64,000 bases of DNA from a virus, in IMG/VR virus record IMGVR_UViG_3300044729_002487, positions 21,515-85,514 of that record. One strand, written 5' to 3'. Shown piece after piece: positions 18,180 through 27,618 of the stretch. The position numbers and the translations under genes were made by a program. The notes beneath the pieces are model-generated. The model ran no database searches and was not told where the DNA came from. It was given only the letters and a program-made list of their open reading frames with translations. Position 1 is the stretch's first letter. Each line of letters opens with the position of its first letter.

Positions 18180-18581
18180 ATGTCCGCAGGAAGATATTCG
18201 TTTGTCATTGAACAAGGTGCAACTTTAGATTTAGAAATCGTTTATAAAGATGCATCAGGTACGCCTGTAAATTTATCCGGATATACCGCTGCGATGCAGA
18301 TACGAAATACTCAAGGCGGTTCGACATTATATGCTACATTAACATCGAGTTTAGGTAATGTATATAATAAAAAATCAGGATCGGCATTTTTAAGTTTATC
18401 AGGAAGTACATTAGCAAAACCATTGGCATCAGGAAGTATTGGTGTATATATAGGTCACACTGTAACTAATGGATTTACGTTTAACGAAGGTTATTATGAT
18501 TTAGAGTTAACTAATGGTCAAACTCGAGTTCGATTATTAGAAGGTAAAGTTCAAGTATTAAAGCAGGTGACTACAGTATAA
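18180..18581 (+). CDS. Ig-like/BppU-like virion protein (start revised to MSAGRYSF)
   Basis: IEQGAT...PVNLSGYTAAMQIR...YYDLEL...RLLEGKV. The track start at 18078 runs through the terminator; SD AAAGGA precedes 18180. Confidence 0.65.
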   Translation: MSAGRYSFVIEQGATLDLEIVYKDASGTPVNLSGYTAAMQIRNTQGGSTLYATLTSSLGNVYNKKSGSAFLSLSGSTLAKPLASGSIGVYIGHTVTNGFTFNEGYYDLELTNGQTRVRLLEGKVQVLKQVTTV

Positions 18582-19081
18582 TGAGCTTATCAGTACAAAA
18601 AAATATTAATGATGTAAAAGTTACTCGACCGGCGTCGAATCTAATTATTACAGACAATAGAAAAGGTACTACGGTAACAGTTACTAAACCAAATGATGTA
18701 ATTACTGTTACAAATTTATCCGGATTACAAGGAGCAGCTGGATTGCAAGGACCTCAAGGACCAGTTGGACCTGCAGGCCCTGTACGGCCATTTATTGCCA
18801 CAGGAAGTATTTCTGCAAGTGTAAACATAGGCACGAATATCTTCTTTGTAAATTCAGGTAACCAAACGTTCTTAAACCTAACCAATCAAGGCTCTTTTAC
18901 GGTAGCGAGTAGTGCACAAAATGTATTCTTAATTAAGAATGTAAATACTAATGCTGCTATATTAACTGTTAGTCAGAGTGGTATAGTAAAATTTGCAACT
19001 CAATCGAATAATCCAATTGGTTCAACAACTGCAGGATCGATATATTTCACATCATCATCATTATTCATTGGATTAGAATAA
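18581..19081 (+). CDS. Collagen-repeat virion/fibre protein
   Basis: GLQGAAGLQGPQGPVGPAGP Gly-X-Y run. Confidence 0.65.
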   Translation: MSLSVQKNINDVKVTRPASNLIITDNRKGTTVTVTKPNDVITVTNLSGLQGAAGLQGPQGPVGPAGPVRPFIATGSISASVNIGTNIFFVNSGNQTFLNLTNQGSFTVASSAQNVFLIKNVNTNAAILTVSQSGIVKFATQSNNPIGSTTAGSIYFTSSSLFIGLE

Positions 19082-19126
19082 TTGATAACAGTATATTTAT
19101 TATAAATGATTTAGTAAAGGAATAAA

Positions 19127-20080
19127 ATGGCAACTTGGAAAAAGGTAGCAGTCTCGGGTAGTAATATATCTCAGTTCGTAAACGATAAAAATTATTTAAC
19201 ATCGGTATCTGCACAGCATGCATTTTCAACTGCATCGTTTTTATCAACGCAGATGTTGGCAGGCGGATCAAATGGTAATTTAACATTTGCTTCATCTTCT
19301 GCATCTGGTTTGAAAATTTCAGCTAATGCTGGTACTGATACCGTAACATTTAGTTTGAGTAGTGTACCTAATTCAAGCTTGGCAAATTCATCCGTAACTA
19401 TAGGCGGTACGGCTATAAGTTTAGGTGGATCATCTAATGGGCCATTTAGCGGACTTACATTAACTAATCTTAAAGCTTCTGGATCATTCTCTGGATCGTT
19501 TAGAGGTAATGGATCTGGATTGACTGGTATTGCGACTACATTAAATATTAATGCCGGTACCGGTGGTCCAAGTACTGTTGCATTGACATCGCAAACATTG
19601 ACAGTTGCTGGCACTAGTAATGAAGTAGAAACATCTGTATCTGGTCAAACTATTACAGTTGGATTACCAAATGATGTAACTGTCAGCAATAATTTAACAG
19701 TTGGTGGTAACTTAAATGTACAAGGTACAATAACTTATGTTAACACTACTGATTTATTAGTTGAAGATAAATTCATTTTATTAGCATCAGGTTCTGCTAC
19801 AGCAGGCGATGGCGGTATTATAATAGACCGCGGTTCTGATGGTAACGGAAATATTGCATACGGATATGACTCGTCAACAGATCGTTGGGGATTCCAAAAT
19901 GGTATCGCTGATTCATCTAATGCATTAGACCCAACCTCAGGTAACGGTGTAAATGGAGCATTTGTTGGATATGTATTCACAGAGGCAGCTCATACTGCAA
20001 CAAAACCAACTACGGGTGAATTTGTTGTCGCCGGCGCTGTTTATACATCTACGGCGGGCGATATTTGGATTTATTCATAA
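19127..20080 (+). CDS. Fibre-like structural protein
   Basis: Ser/Gly/Thr-rich; NLTVGGNLNVQGTITYVNTTDLLVEDKFILL motif common in phage fibres. Confidence 0.65.
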   Translation: MATWKKVAVSGSNISQFVNDKNYLTSVSAQHAFSTASFLSTQMLAGGSNGNLTFASSSASGLKISANAGTDTVTFSLSSVPNSSLANSSVTIGGTAISLGGSSNGPFSGLTLTNLKASGSFSGSFRGNGSGLTGIATTLNINAGTGGPSTVALTSQTLTVAGTSNEVETSVSGQTITVGLPNDVTVSNNLTVGGNLNVQGTITYVNTTDLLVEDKFILLASGSATAGDGGIIIDRGSDGNGNIAYGYDSSTDRWGFQNGIADSSNALDPTSGNGVNGAFVGYVFTEAAHTATKPTTGEFVVAGAVYTSTAGDIWIYS

Positions 20081-20083
20081 AAA

Positions 20084-20293
20084 ATGATACAACAAGTTAT
20101 GGGAATAGTAAATAAAATTATATCAAAAAATGATAAAACTCAAGTTCTAGATCCGAACATTTTAACGGCTCCGGAGCTTGAGTTTCTACTTAATACTCTT
20201 CGCGGTACAACTATTAAAGGAGAGCAAGTAGAAATGTTTTATAATTTAGTTGTAAAAATACAAAATCAATATATAAATCAAACAGTAAAATAA
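20084..20293 (+). CDS. Small helical protein (possible fibre chaperone)
   Basis: 69 aa; resembles the next ORF (LT..E...L...L....I.G). Confidence 0.5.
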   Translation: MIQQVMGIVNKIISKNDKTQVLDPNILTAPELEFLLNTLRGTTIKGEQVEMFYNLVVKIQNQYINQTVK

Positions 20294-20299
20294 TAAGTT

Positions 20300-20491
20300 A
20301 TGGACATGTTCTCAATCGATTTAACACCACAGGAAATTAGTGTGTTACGGCAAGCTTTAGATACGATTACATTAACAGGTAAAGATGCAAAGTATATTGC
20401 TAGCCTACAAATTAAACTAGAAACAGAATTATCAGAGATTCAAAAACAGCTTAATACACCTCCTGTAAAAACAGGTAAAATCTCCAAGTAA
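20300..20491 (+). CDS. Small helical protein (possible fibre chaperone)
   Basis: 63 aa; paralog-like to the ORF at 20084. Confidence 0.5.
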   Translation: MDMFSIDLTPQEISVLRQALDTITLTGKDAKYIASLQIKLETELSEIQKQLNTPPVKTGKISK

Positions 20492-20505
20492 GATATTTAT
20501 ATTAA

Positions 20506-20568
20506 ATGTTGTTGGCCGAAAGGAAGTGGGCACACTCACGGCATAGTGTTTGTAACCAACCGCAACGT
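20506..20568 (+). ncRNA. Candidate structured cis-RNA in the 5' leader of a fibre gene
   Basis: GC-rich island. ATGTTG/CAACGT and GTTGG/CCAAC closing stems, CC-GAAA-GG hairpin, ACACT/AGTGT hairpin; lies between the late motif and the SD. Confidence 0.45.
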
Positions 20569-20582
20569 AAAAGGAAAACGAT

Positions 20583-22622
20583 ATGCCATCTTGGAAAAAG
20601 GTCATTACATCTGGCTCTAATGCCTCATTAAATTCTTTATATGCACCAAGCATTACTGGGTCTTTATTAGGAACTGCATCATATGCACTAACAGCATCAT
20701 ATTCAAATAATTTACAAATATCGGGTTCAATTAACAATGTAAATTATATTGATTTTAATACTAGCGCATCAATCCCGCCATATCAAAATGGTAGAATATT
20801 TTGGGATAATACAGAAGGTGCACTATCTGTGTATAATTCAGAAGCTGATGTTACTTTACAAGTAGGACAAGAGAATTGGACTCGAGTGTATAACGATACT
20901 GTAGCTACTATCGCAAATGGAGCTCCAGTACGAATTATAGGAACACATGGCGATCATCCAGAAGTGGTATTAGCCGCATCCATACGAGTATCAGGAAGTT
21001 CTAATTTAGTTAATCAGATTTTAGGTTTAGCAACTCATGATATTGAAGCTGGTACATTCGGATATGTAACTACGCAAGGATTAGTAAGAGGTGTAAATAC
21101 TTCAGCATTTAATGATGGAGATACTCTATACCTTTCTTCATCGGCAGGACAATTAACATCAACAGTACCGTCAGCACCTTATGAAATCGTACCAGTAGGA
21201 CAAGTTGTAAAAGCAAGTCCCGGAGGAAGTGGTATTATTTATGTTGCAGTTCAACAACCATTAGACTTTACAGATTTAAGTTCTGTTGCATTAGGGTTAG
21301 GAACATATCAAGATGGAGATATTTGGACATATTATGGCCCTACGAAACAATGGAGACATCAAAAACAACTTTCAGGCTCGTATGGTATCACAGGATCATT
21401 ATCAGTACGAGGTAACACCGGTGTTAACGTATTAAATACAAAAACATATACATTACGCGGATCCGGCCCTAGTGCTAGCGTTGACTGGGAAAGCCGTACA
21501 TTAAATAATACAGCCGGTACAGCAGTTCTTAACTGGAGAACTTTACAAGGAAGAGATGCTAACAGCAAATTATCATATGAATGGAATGTACGTAAATTAT
21601 ATGATGCAAGTGCCACTCAATCGATTGATTGGCGCATACGCACTGCATATGATACATTAGGCACAGGATCAGTTTTATGGAACGACCGCCAATTAAGAGA
21701 TTCGTCATTTAACAGATCCGTAGTATGGAGTACTCGAGTCACATATGACGATGGTAACCGCATATCAATTGATTGGAAAAACCGACAATTAATTAATAGT
21801 TCTGGTACTATCGCGGTATTGGATTGGCAAACGCAACGAGCATTTAGCACTACTACGTCGCAATCCATTGACTGGAATAATCGAATTTTAACTGATGATG
21901 GAACGCCGGCTGGAGGCGGGCCACCTCAGACAGCAGTTGACTGGCAAAATCGAGCGCTGAATGATTCGGTTGCTGTGACATCAATTGACTGGGCCGGTAG
22001 AGCTTTATATGATCCAGCTGGCATCCCATCAATTGACTATCGCGGCCGAGATCTCCTTGATTCCACCGGCATAACAGCACTGAATTATAATATCACATCT
22101 AACGTATCCGCAGTTCAGCAAACTGCCTGGACACGTGCATTGATAGATATTCCGACTGTCGCTGAACCATTAGCATATTGGTCAAATTATGGTAAATATC
22201 TTCCTACCGGTGAAATACTTGCCAGCGTAACATTTGATGGTTCAGTTGTGGATTATGATTTAGTTGGTATGCGTGAAGATGGAATATGGTATTCGCAAGA
22301 TGCCTCATCAGCAAATGTCGCAACAAAATTATTAGGATTAGCTTTTAATGTTGCCAATGGTGACAACGTATTATTAGAAGGTACTGCAGTCGTTGCATCT
22401 AGTTCATTTGGTAGTGCGTTTCCTAAAGTTGATAAGTTACAATTTGGTGCACCTGTATATCTTAATACAACATCATCTGCCGGTAATTACATGTCAACTA
22501 CGGCACCATCATTATCCGGTCAATTTGTACGAATAATAGGACATGTATATTATCGTAGTACAAATGATCCAGATTTCTATCTAATAAAATTTAAACCTTC
22601 ACATGAGTGGTATGAGATATGA
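20583..22622 (+). CDS. Tail fibre/receptor-binding-like protein with 16-aa Trp repeats
   Basis: N-terminus MPSWKKVITSGS; about 12 S(I/V)DWxxRxLxD repeats; capsid-cement-like GLATHDI...GYVTTQGLV...GDTLYLS modules. Confidence 0.65.
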   Translation: MPSWKKVITSGSNASLNSLYAPSITGSLLGTASYALTASYSNNLQISGSINNVNYIDFNTSASIPPYQNGRIFWDNTEGALSVYNSEADVTLQVGQENWTRVYNDTVATIANGAPVRIIGTHGDHPEVVLAASIRVSGSSNLVNQILGLATHDIEAGTFGYVTTQGLVRGVNTSAFNDGDTLYLSSSAGQLTSTVPSAPYEIVPVGQVVKASPGGSGIIYVAVQQPLDFTDLSSVALGLGTYQDGDIWTYYGPTKQWRHQKQLSGSYGITGSLSVRGNTGVNVLNTKTYTLRGSGPSASVDWESRTLNNTAGTAVLNWRTLQGRDANSKLSYEWNVRKLYDASATQSIDWRIRTAYDTLGTGSVLWNDRQLRDSSFNRSVVWSTRVTYDDGNRISIDWKNRQLINSSGTIAVLDWQTQRAFSTTTSQSIDWNNRILTDDGTPAGGGPPQTAVDWQNRALNDSVAVTSIDWAGRALYDPAGIPSIDYRGRDLLDSTGITALNYNITSNVSAVQQTAWTRALIDIPTVAEPLAYWSNYGKYLPTGEILASVTFDGSVVDYDLVGMREDGIWYSQDASSANVATKLLGLAFNVANGDNVLLEGTAVVASSSFGSAFPKVDKLQFGAPVYLNTTSSAGNYMSTTAPSLSGQFVRIIGHVYYRSTNDPDFYLIKFKPSHEWYEI

Positions 22623-23341
22623 GTAATATAAGTAAAATAAACGGTCGATTAATTACGGCACAGACAGCGTCTTTTGCTCATAATGCAAACAATGCTATAA
22701 GTGCTAGTTATGCTCCATATACACCCGGTAATTTATCATCGGCACAAGCTCGAAGAACGTCGGGCTATACATTAACAAATGCATTTGCATCAATAACATT
22801 TGATCGTACAGATGTAGAAAATTATCCAGCTGTTATATCACATGATAATACTAATACAGATAGAATATATGTTTATTTAAATGGGCTGTATCTAATTCAT
22901 TATCATGCAGATGTAGGACCTGGTACTGTAAGTGATTTTGAATTTGCAGTTTCAAAAAACGGTATTACCAATAATTTAAGTGGTAGTTTAACGGCCGGAA
23001 AAAATTCTAGTACAGATAAAGTAGTTGCAAGCGCCGATACCATGGTATTATTGAATGCCAATGATTACGTTACATTGGTAGCGCGATATCCAGCGTCTTC
23101 TGGCGGATTAGCAAATAACGTTGTATTAAGCGTTACTAAAATGGAAGGTGTTGCCGGACCGCAAGGGCCATCCGGATCCGCCGGCGGTGTAACTCAGATA
23201 ATTGCAGGTACTAATATAACAATATCACCTACCGGTGGTACTGGGGCGGTAACGATTAATTCAACAGGTGGAAGTGGAAATGTTGATTTAGGTAAGGTAT
23301 TGTCTATAACTCAAATTATGTATCCATTTTCAGGTTTTTAA
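22619..23341 (+). CDS. Fibre protein with C1q/TNF-like beta domain and short collagen motif
   Basis: ITFD...RIYVYLNGLYLIHY...LNANDYVTL; GVAGPQGPSG; IIAGTNITISP repeat unit. Confidence 0.55.
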   Translation: MSNISKINGRLITAQTASFAHNANNAISASYAPYTPGNLSSAQARRTSGYTLTNAFASITFDRTDVENYPAVISHDNTNTDRIYVYLNGLYLIHYHADVGPGTVSDFEFAVSKNGITNNLSGSLTAGKNSSTDKVVASADTMVLLNANDYVTLVARYPASSGGLANNVVLSVTKMEGVAGPQGPSGSAGGVTQIIAGTNITISPTGGTGAVTINSTGGSGNVDLGKVLSITQIMYPFSGF

Positions 23342-23365
23342 TATTTATATAAAAAGAAAAAGATT

Positions 23366-23824
23366 ATGCCAGCAAATACAAGTCCAATTTTCGCATTAAC
23401 ACCTAACATAGGTGACGTAAAGATTACAACAACAGCTGCATTAGTTAGATCAGATGGTTCTGCAGCTAACGCAATAGGTACAGATCATTTCCTTGCATTT
23501 ACGGCAGGAGCGGATGGTTCTTTTATTCAACGTGTAAGATTTATACCAGTTGCATCCGCAGCTGCGGTTACTTCAGTAGCGACAACATTACGAGTATTTT
23601 TAAGTACGGTTAATACTGGTACACCTACTGCTGCTAATACTAATCTAATAGCGGAAATATCTGTACCTGCCATATCGACATCAAACTCGACTAACGCAGT
23701 TAACTACTATGAAATACCATTGAACATTGCAATACCGACTAGTCATTACATTTTAGTTTCGCAACATGTTGCTCAAACAACTAACCAAAGCTGGCAAGCA
23801 ATGGTTATTGGTGGCGACTATTAA
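23366..23824 (+). CDS. Virion structural protein (hypothetical)
   Basis: MPANTSPIF...VIGGDY; beta-rich; late motif upstream. Confidence 0.6.
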   Translation: MPANTSPIFALTPNIGDVKITTTAALVRSDGSAANAIGTDHFLAFTAGADGSFIQRVRFIPVASAAAVTSVATTLRVFLSTVNTGTPTAANTNLIAEISVPAISTSNSTNAVNYYEIPLNIAIPTSHYILVSQHVAQTTNQSWQAMVIGGDY

Positions 23825-23835
23825 TAGTATATAAT

Positions 23836-24852
23836 ATGTATTTTGGAAATTCATCATCTGACTTTGGCTTCCTACCTCCTAATTTTAAAGGAGATGTTCA
23901 AGTATTTTATCCAACCGGAATAACAGTATCTGCTACTCAGAACTGGCAAAACTGGGCCAAGCCTAAAGGCGTTTCAATGATATATATGATGTGTATTGGA
24001 GGCGGAGGTGGAGGTGGTGGTGGTCATACCTCCGCTAATGGTTCTACACGCGGAGGAGGTTCTGGAGGAGCATCTAGTGCTTTGACTACATTAATACTTC
24101 CTGCTTTGTTAGTTCCTGATGCATTGAAAATTGCGGTTGGTTTTGGAGGACAGGGAGGAGCCGCATCTAGTAACGGTACCTCAGGTAATCCATCTTATAT
24201 TTCATTAGGTTCTGCATTAACGAATGGGACAGCTATTCCAAACATGATATTAAGAGCAAATGGTGGCGGTAACGGTATTGCTGGTACTGGTGCAGCTGGT
24301 GGTGGTGTATCGACAGGAGGTGCAGTTACTACAATTGCGAATTTAGGACCTATAGGTAAATTAGGTATGTTTTCGAATAATGGTACAGCTGCAAATGCAG
24401 GTTATGCCGGCATCGGTGGTAACGCTGGTGGAGCTCAGACTGGGGCTGTAGGAGCGTCAGTAACAACTGTATTTAATACATTTCCATTGCATGGTGGAGC
24501 AGGAGGTGCTGGTGTAGGTACCGCTGCTAACACCGGATTTGCCGGAGGTTCAATTTCATTGCAAGCGGCAGTAGATTATGAGGGAGGGACAATGACTCCT
24601 GCGTCAAATATCATACCAGCTGGAACTGCGGGTAACGACACAGTCGCTGCCGGAAACGGAAGTGCCGGTATTAAATCATTTCGTCCATTTTTAAATACAG
24701 GAGGATCTGGAGGCGGTAGTGCTTCAGGCCAAGTTGGAGGACAAGGAGGTCCTGGTGGATATGGTTGTGGCGGCGGCGGCGGCGGTGGCGGTACTACCGG
24801 AGGTCGTGGTGGAGCTGGCGGAGAAGGATTAGTCGTAATAATCAGTTGGTAA
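23836..24852 (+). CDS. Glycine-rich domain protein (fibre-associated)
   Basis: WAKPKGVSMIYMMCIGGGGGGGGG...GGAGGEGLVVIISW. Confidence 0.75.
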   Translation: MYFGNSSSDFGFLPPNFKGDVQVFYPTGITVSATQNWQNWAKPKGVSMIYMMCIGGGGGGGGGHTSANGSTRGGGSGGASSALTTLILPALLVPDALKIAVGFGGQGGAASSNGTSGNPSYISLGSALTNGTAIPNMILRANGGGNGIAGTGAAGGGVSTGGAVTTIANLGPIGKLGMFSNNGTAANAGYAGIGGNAGGAQTGAVGASVTTVFNTFPLHGGAGGAGVGTAANTGFAGGSISLQAAVDYEGGTMTPASNIIPAGTAGNDTVAAGNGSAGIKSFRPFLNTGGSGGGSASGQVGGQGGPGGYGCGGGGGGGGTTGGRGGAGGEGLVVIISW

Positions 24853-24855
24853 GTT

Positions 24856-25833
24856 ATGATATTTGAAAATTCTGATACTGCATTTAATTTTTTACCGGCA
24901 ATGCACCGATCCAATGTGCAAATGTTCCTACCTAATTCAAATGCTGCGACCCAATGGCAACGTTGGCGCAAACCTAAAGGCGTTACAATGATTCATATGT
25001 TATGTATCGGAGGAGGCGCCGGCGGTGGAGGAGGTCAATCCGCGGCAGGTAACAAAGGCGGTGGAGGCGGAGGAGCATCTGGCACAATTGCATCTATCAT
25101 AATACCTGCAATATTTTTACCAGATTCATTATGGGTTATAGCAGGAGCAGGAGGCAAAGGCGGCGCGGCTGCGACAAATGGCACAGCTGGTTTAGGAAGT
25201 TATATATCATTATCATCCGGCGTTACAGCTGGAACATCAATTCCTAATATTATTTTATTCGCAAATGGCGGAATCCAAGGAACGTCTGCAAACCCGGGAG
25301 GAGCAGGAAGCGCACCCGCAGTTACTACAATCGCCGCATGCGGTCCATTAGCTAAATTAGGATTTATTCCAAATGTGGGAAACGTTGCTAATGCTAGTAT
25401 AACAGGTTTAGCTGGAACGGCTGGTGGATCATCAACACTTCCATATACGCCCGGCATAACGACCGGTGCATGGAACGTATTGCCAATAACAGGCGGTACA
25501 GGCGGTGGCGGAGGAACTAATGCAGCTGCAGGCCCTGGTGGTACCATAACATTACAAGCAGCTACGGATTTCGAAGGTGGCGGAACATATCTCGCCCTTA
25601 ACACGTTAACGGCTGGTAATCCTGCAGGAGGTTTAGATGGTAACAACGGAATACGGTCATTGAAACCATTTTTAAATACCGGAGGAACAGGCGGTGCAGG
25701 ATCACCATCGGGAACGGGTGGTAAAGGCGGCGACGGTGGTTATGCCTCCGGAGGTGGAGGCGGTGGAGCTGGTGTGACTGGAGGACGTGGTGGTAATGGC
25801 GGCGACGGTATTGTAATTATTACATGTTGGTAA
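24856..25833 (+). CDS. Glycine-rich domain protein, tandem paralog
   Basis: WRKPKGVTMIHMLCIGGGAGGGGG...GGNGGDGIVIITCW; colinear with the previous gene. Confidence 0.75.
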   Translation: MIFENSDTAFNFLPAMHRSNVQMFLPNSNAATQWQRWRKPKGVTMIHMLCIGGGAGGGGGQSAAGNKGGGGGGASGTIASIIIPAIFLPDSLWVIAGAGGKGGAAATNGTAGLGSYISLSSGVTAGTSIPNIILFANGGIQGTSANPGGAGSAPAVTTIAACGPLAKLGFIPNVGNVANASITGLAGTAGGSSTLPYTPGITTGAWNVLPITGGTGGGGGTNAAAGPGGTITLQAATDFEGGGTYLALNTLTAGNPAGGLDGNNGIRSLKPFLNTGGTGGAGSPSGTGGKGGDGGYASGGGGGGAGVTGGRGGNGGDGIVIITCW

Positions 25834-25892
25834 TCAATCAAAAAATTTCTTATAAACGCGGAGTGTGTGATATTTATTAAAAAGGATATTAC

Positions 25893-27062
25893 ATGGCAGT
25901 TAACATTCCTATATGGCCCGGCTCATCAAGCTTTTTTCCTGGCGAAACTCCGTTTGGAATATATGACCACGACTATGATTTTCAGATCGACGTTGATAAA
26001 GTATCTGATTGGTGTGCAAAACGCCTAGGTTATCCTATATCTGAAATTGAATTACAGGATGTTAATTTCTATACATGTTTCGAAGAAGCAATTTCAGAAT
26101 ACGGTGCACAATTAAATACATATAATATACGAGATAATATGTTGAATCTATATGGTTCAGCAACCGGATCAGGTATCAATTTATCAGGACAAAAAGTATC
26201 TCCATCAATGGGTGGAATGATTGAGTTAGCTGAAGAATATGGAACAGAAGCAGGTTCGGGCGGTAATGTAACATATTATACTGGTAGTATTACTGTACAA
26301 GCTGGAAAGCAAATTTATGATTTAACAGATCCTAACATTGTTAAATTAGAGTCAGGTGTTGCAGGAGTAGATGCAATTGAAATAAAACGAGTATATCATG
26401 ACCCACCTCCAGCATTGGCTCGATTCTTTGATCCATTTATCGGTACCGGTATTGGTACTCAGCAAATGTTAGATGCATTTGGATTTGGTTCATATTCACC
26501 AGGCGTATCATTTATGATGATGCCAGTATTTGCTGATATGTTACGTTTACAGGCAATTGAAATAAATGATGTTGTACGTAGATCGGCTTGGTCATTTGAA
26601 ATGTCTAAAAATAGAATTAAAATATTTCCAATACCTAATGCAGTACAGTTTACAAAAATCTGGTTTGAATATGTTAAAAAGGCAGAACGTAACAATCCAT
26701 TGAAATCACCTACCGGTACTGTATCCGATTTTTCAAATATACCATACCAAAACATAACTTATAGTCATGTCAATGCAGTAGGTAGACAATGGATCCGTAG
26801 ATATACATTAGCATTATCAAAAGAAATGTTAGGATGGGTACGAAGCAAGTATTCATCTTTACCGATACCAAATGCTGAAATAACATTAAATGGTTCTGAT
26901 CTAGTATCAGGAGCTCAAACGGATAAAGAAGCACTTATAACTGAACTCAAAGAAATATTGGATTCAATGTCTAGACAAGCTCAGTTAGAAAGAAAGCAAG
27001 CAGAAGCCGATGCGTTATCTATGCAGTTAAGCAAGATACCATTGAAAATTTACATTGCATAA
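25893..27062 (+). CDS. Neck protein (T4 gp13-like)
   Basis: RLGYPISEIEL, WIRRYTLALSKEMLG..RSKY...LPIP...LNG..L; start of the neck/tail block. Confidence 0.75.
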   Translation: MAVNIPIWPGSSSFFPGETPFGIYDHDYDFQIDVDKVSDWCAKRLGYPISEIELQDVNFYTCFEEAISEYGAQLNTYNIRDNMLNLYGSATGSGINLSGQKVSPSMGGMIELAEEYGTEAGSGGNVTYYTGSITVQAGKQIYDLTDPNIVKLESGVAGVDAIEIKRVYHDPPPALARFFDPFIGTGIGTQQMLDAFGFGSYSPGVSFMMMPVFADMLRLQAIEINDVVRRSAWSFEMSKNRIKIFPIPNAVQFTKIWFEYVKKAERNNPLKSPTGTVSDFSNIPYQNITYSHVNAVGRQWIRRYTLALSKEMLGWVRSKYSSLPIPNAEITLNGSDLVSGAQTDKEALITELKEILDSMSRQAQLERKQAEADALSMQLSKIPLKIYIA

Positions 27063-27081
27063 TTTTATATAGGACACTACC

Positions 27082-27618
27082 ATGGCTTTATTCGGTTCAG
27101 CGCGAGATGCATCAATGATTCGGTCAATCAACCGAGAGCTTATCAATCGTTATATTGATATGGAAGTTGGTTTCTATAAACTAAACCTACAAGCTACTAA
27201 CACAAACATATACGATGAATCTGATAACAAAGTTTATTATGATCTAATTCGTATCAATGCTATCATATTAAAAGATACAAAAACAACTCAATCAGATGAT
27301 TATGGTATTGATTATATACGTAATGGTACATTTGCATTTTTACGTGATGATTTAATTCCTAGAAGCATAGTAATTGAAGTCGGTGATATCATTGAATATG
27401 ATGGTGAATATTTTGAAGTTGATAACACATCATCTACCCAGTATTTCCGTGGTACCAATCCAGAACAAGACTTAGGTTACGATTTAGGATTGCGTGCAGA
27501 GTTTGGTTGGCCAGTTTCGGTTGTAGTAGATACACATGTAACCAGAAAGAATCGATTGAACATTCAGTCGTTCCGAAGTGGTATTAATAAACCAAATAAT
27601 ATACCAAGGAACTTATGA
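27082..27618 (+). CDS. Neck/head-closure protein (gp14-like)
   Basis: Position after the gp13-like gene; NIYDES and IEVGDIIEYDGEYFEV beta-barrel-like motif. Confidence 0.55.
   Translation: MALFGSARDASMIRSINRELINRYIDMEVGFYKLNLQATNTNIYDESDNKVYYDLIRINAIILKDTKTTQSDDYGIDYIRNGTFAFLRDDLIPRSIVIEVGDIIEYDGEYFEVDNTSSTQYFRGTNPEQDLGYDLGLRAEFGWPVSVVVDTHVTRKNRLNIQSFRSGINKPNNIPRNL

Noticed and set aside
20506-20568. Assignment of the leader RNA as a c-di-GMP riboswitch or hammerhead ribozyme
   Set aside because: It has a GAAA tetraloop but lacks the recognisable conserved cores (no CUGANGA, no c-di-GMP-I P1/P2 pattern), so it is kept only as an unassigned candidate.
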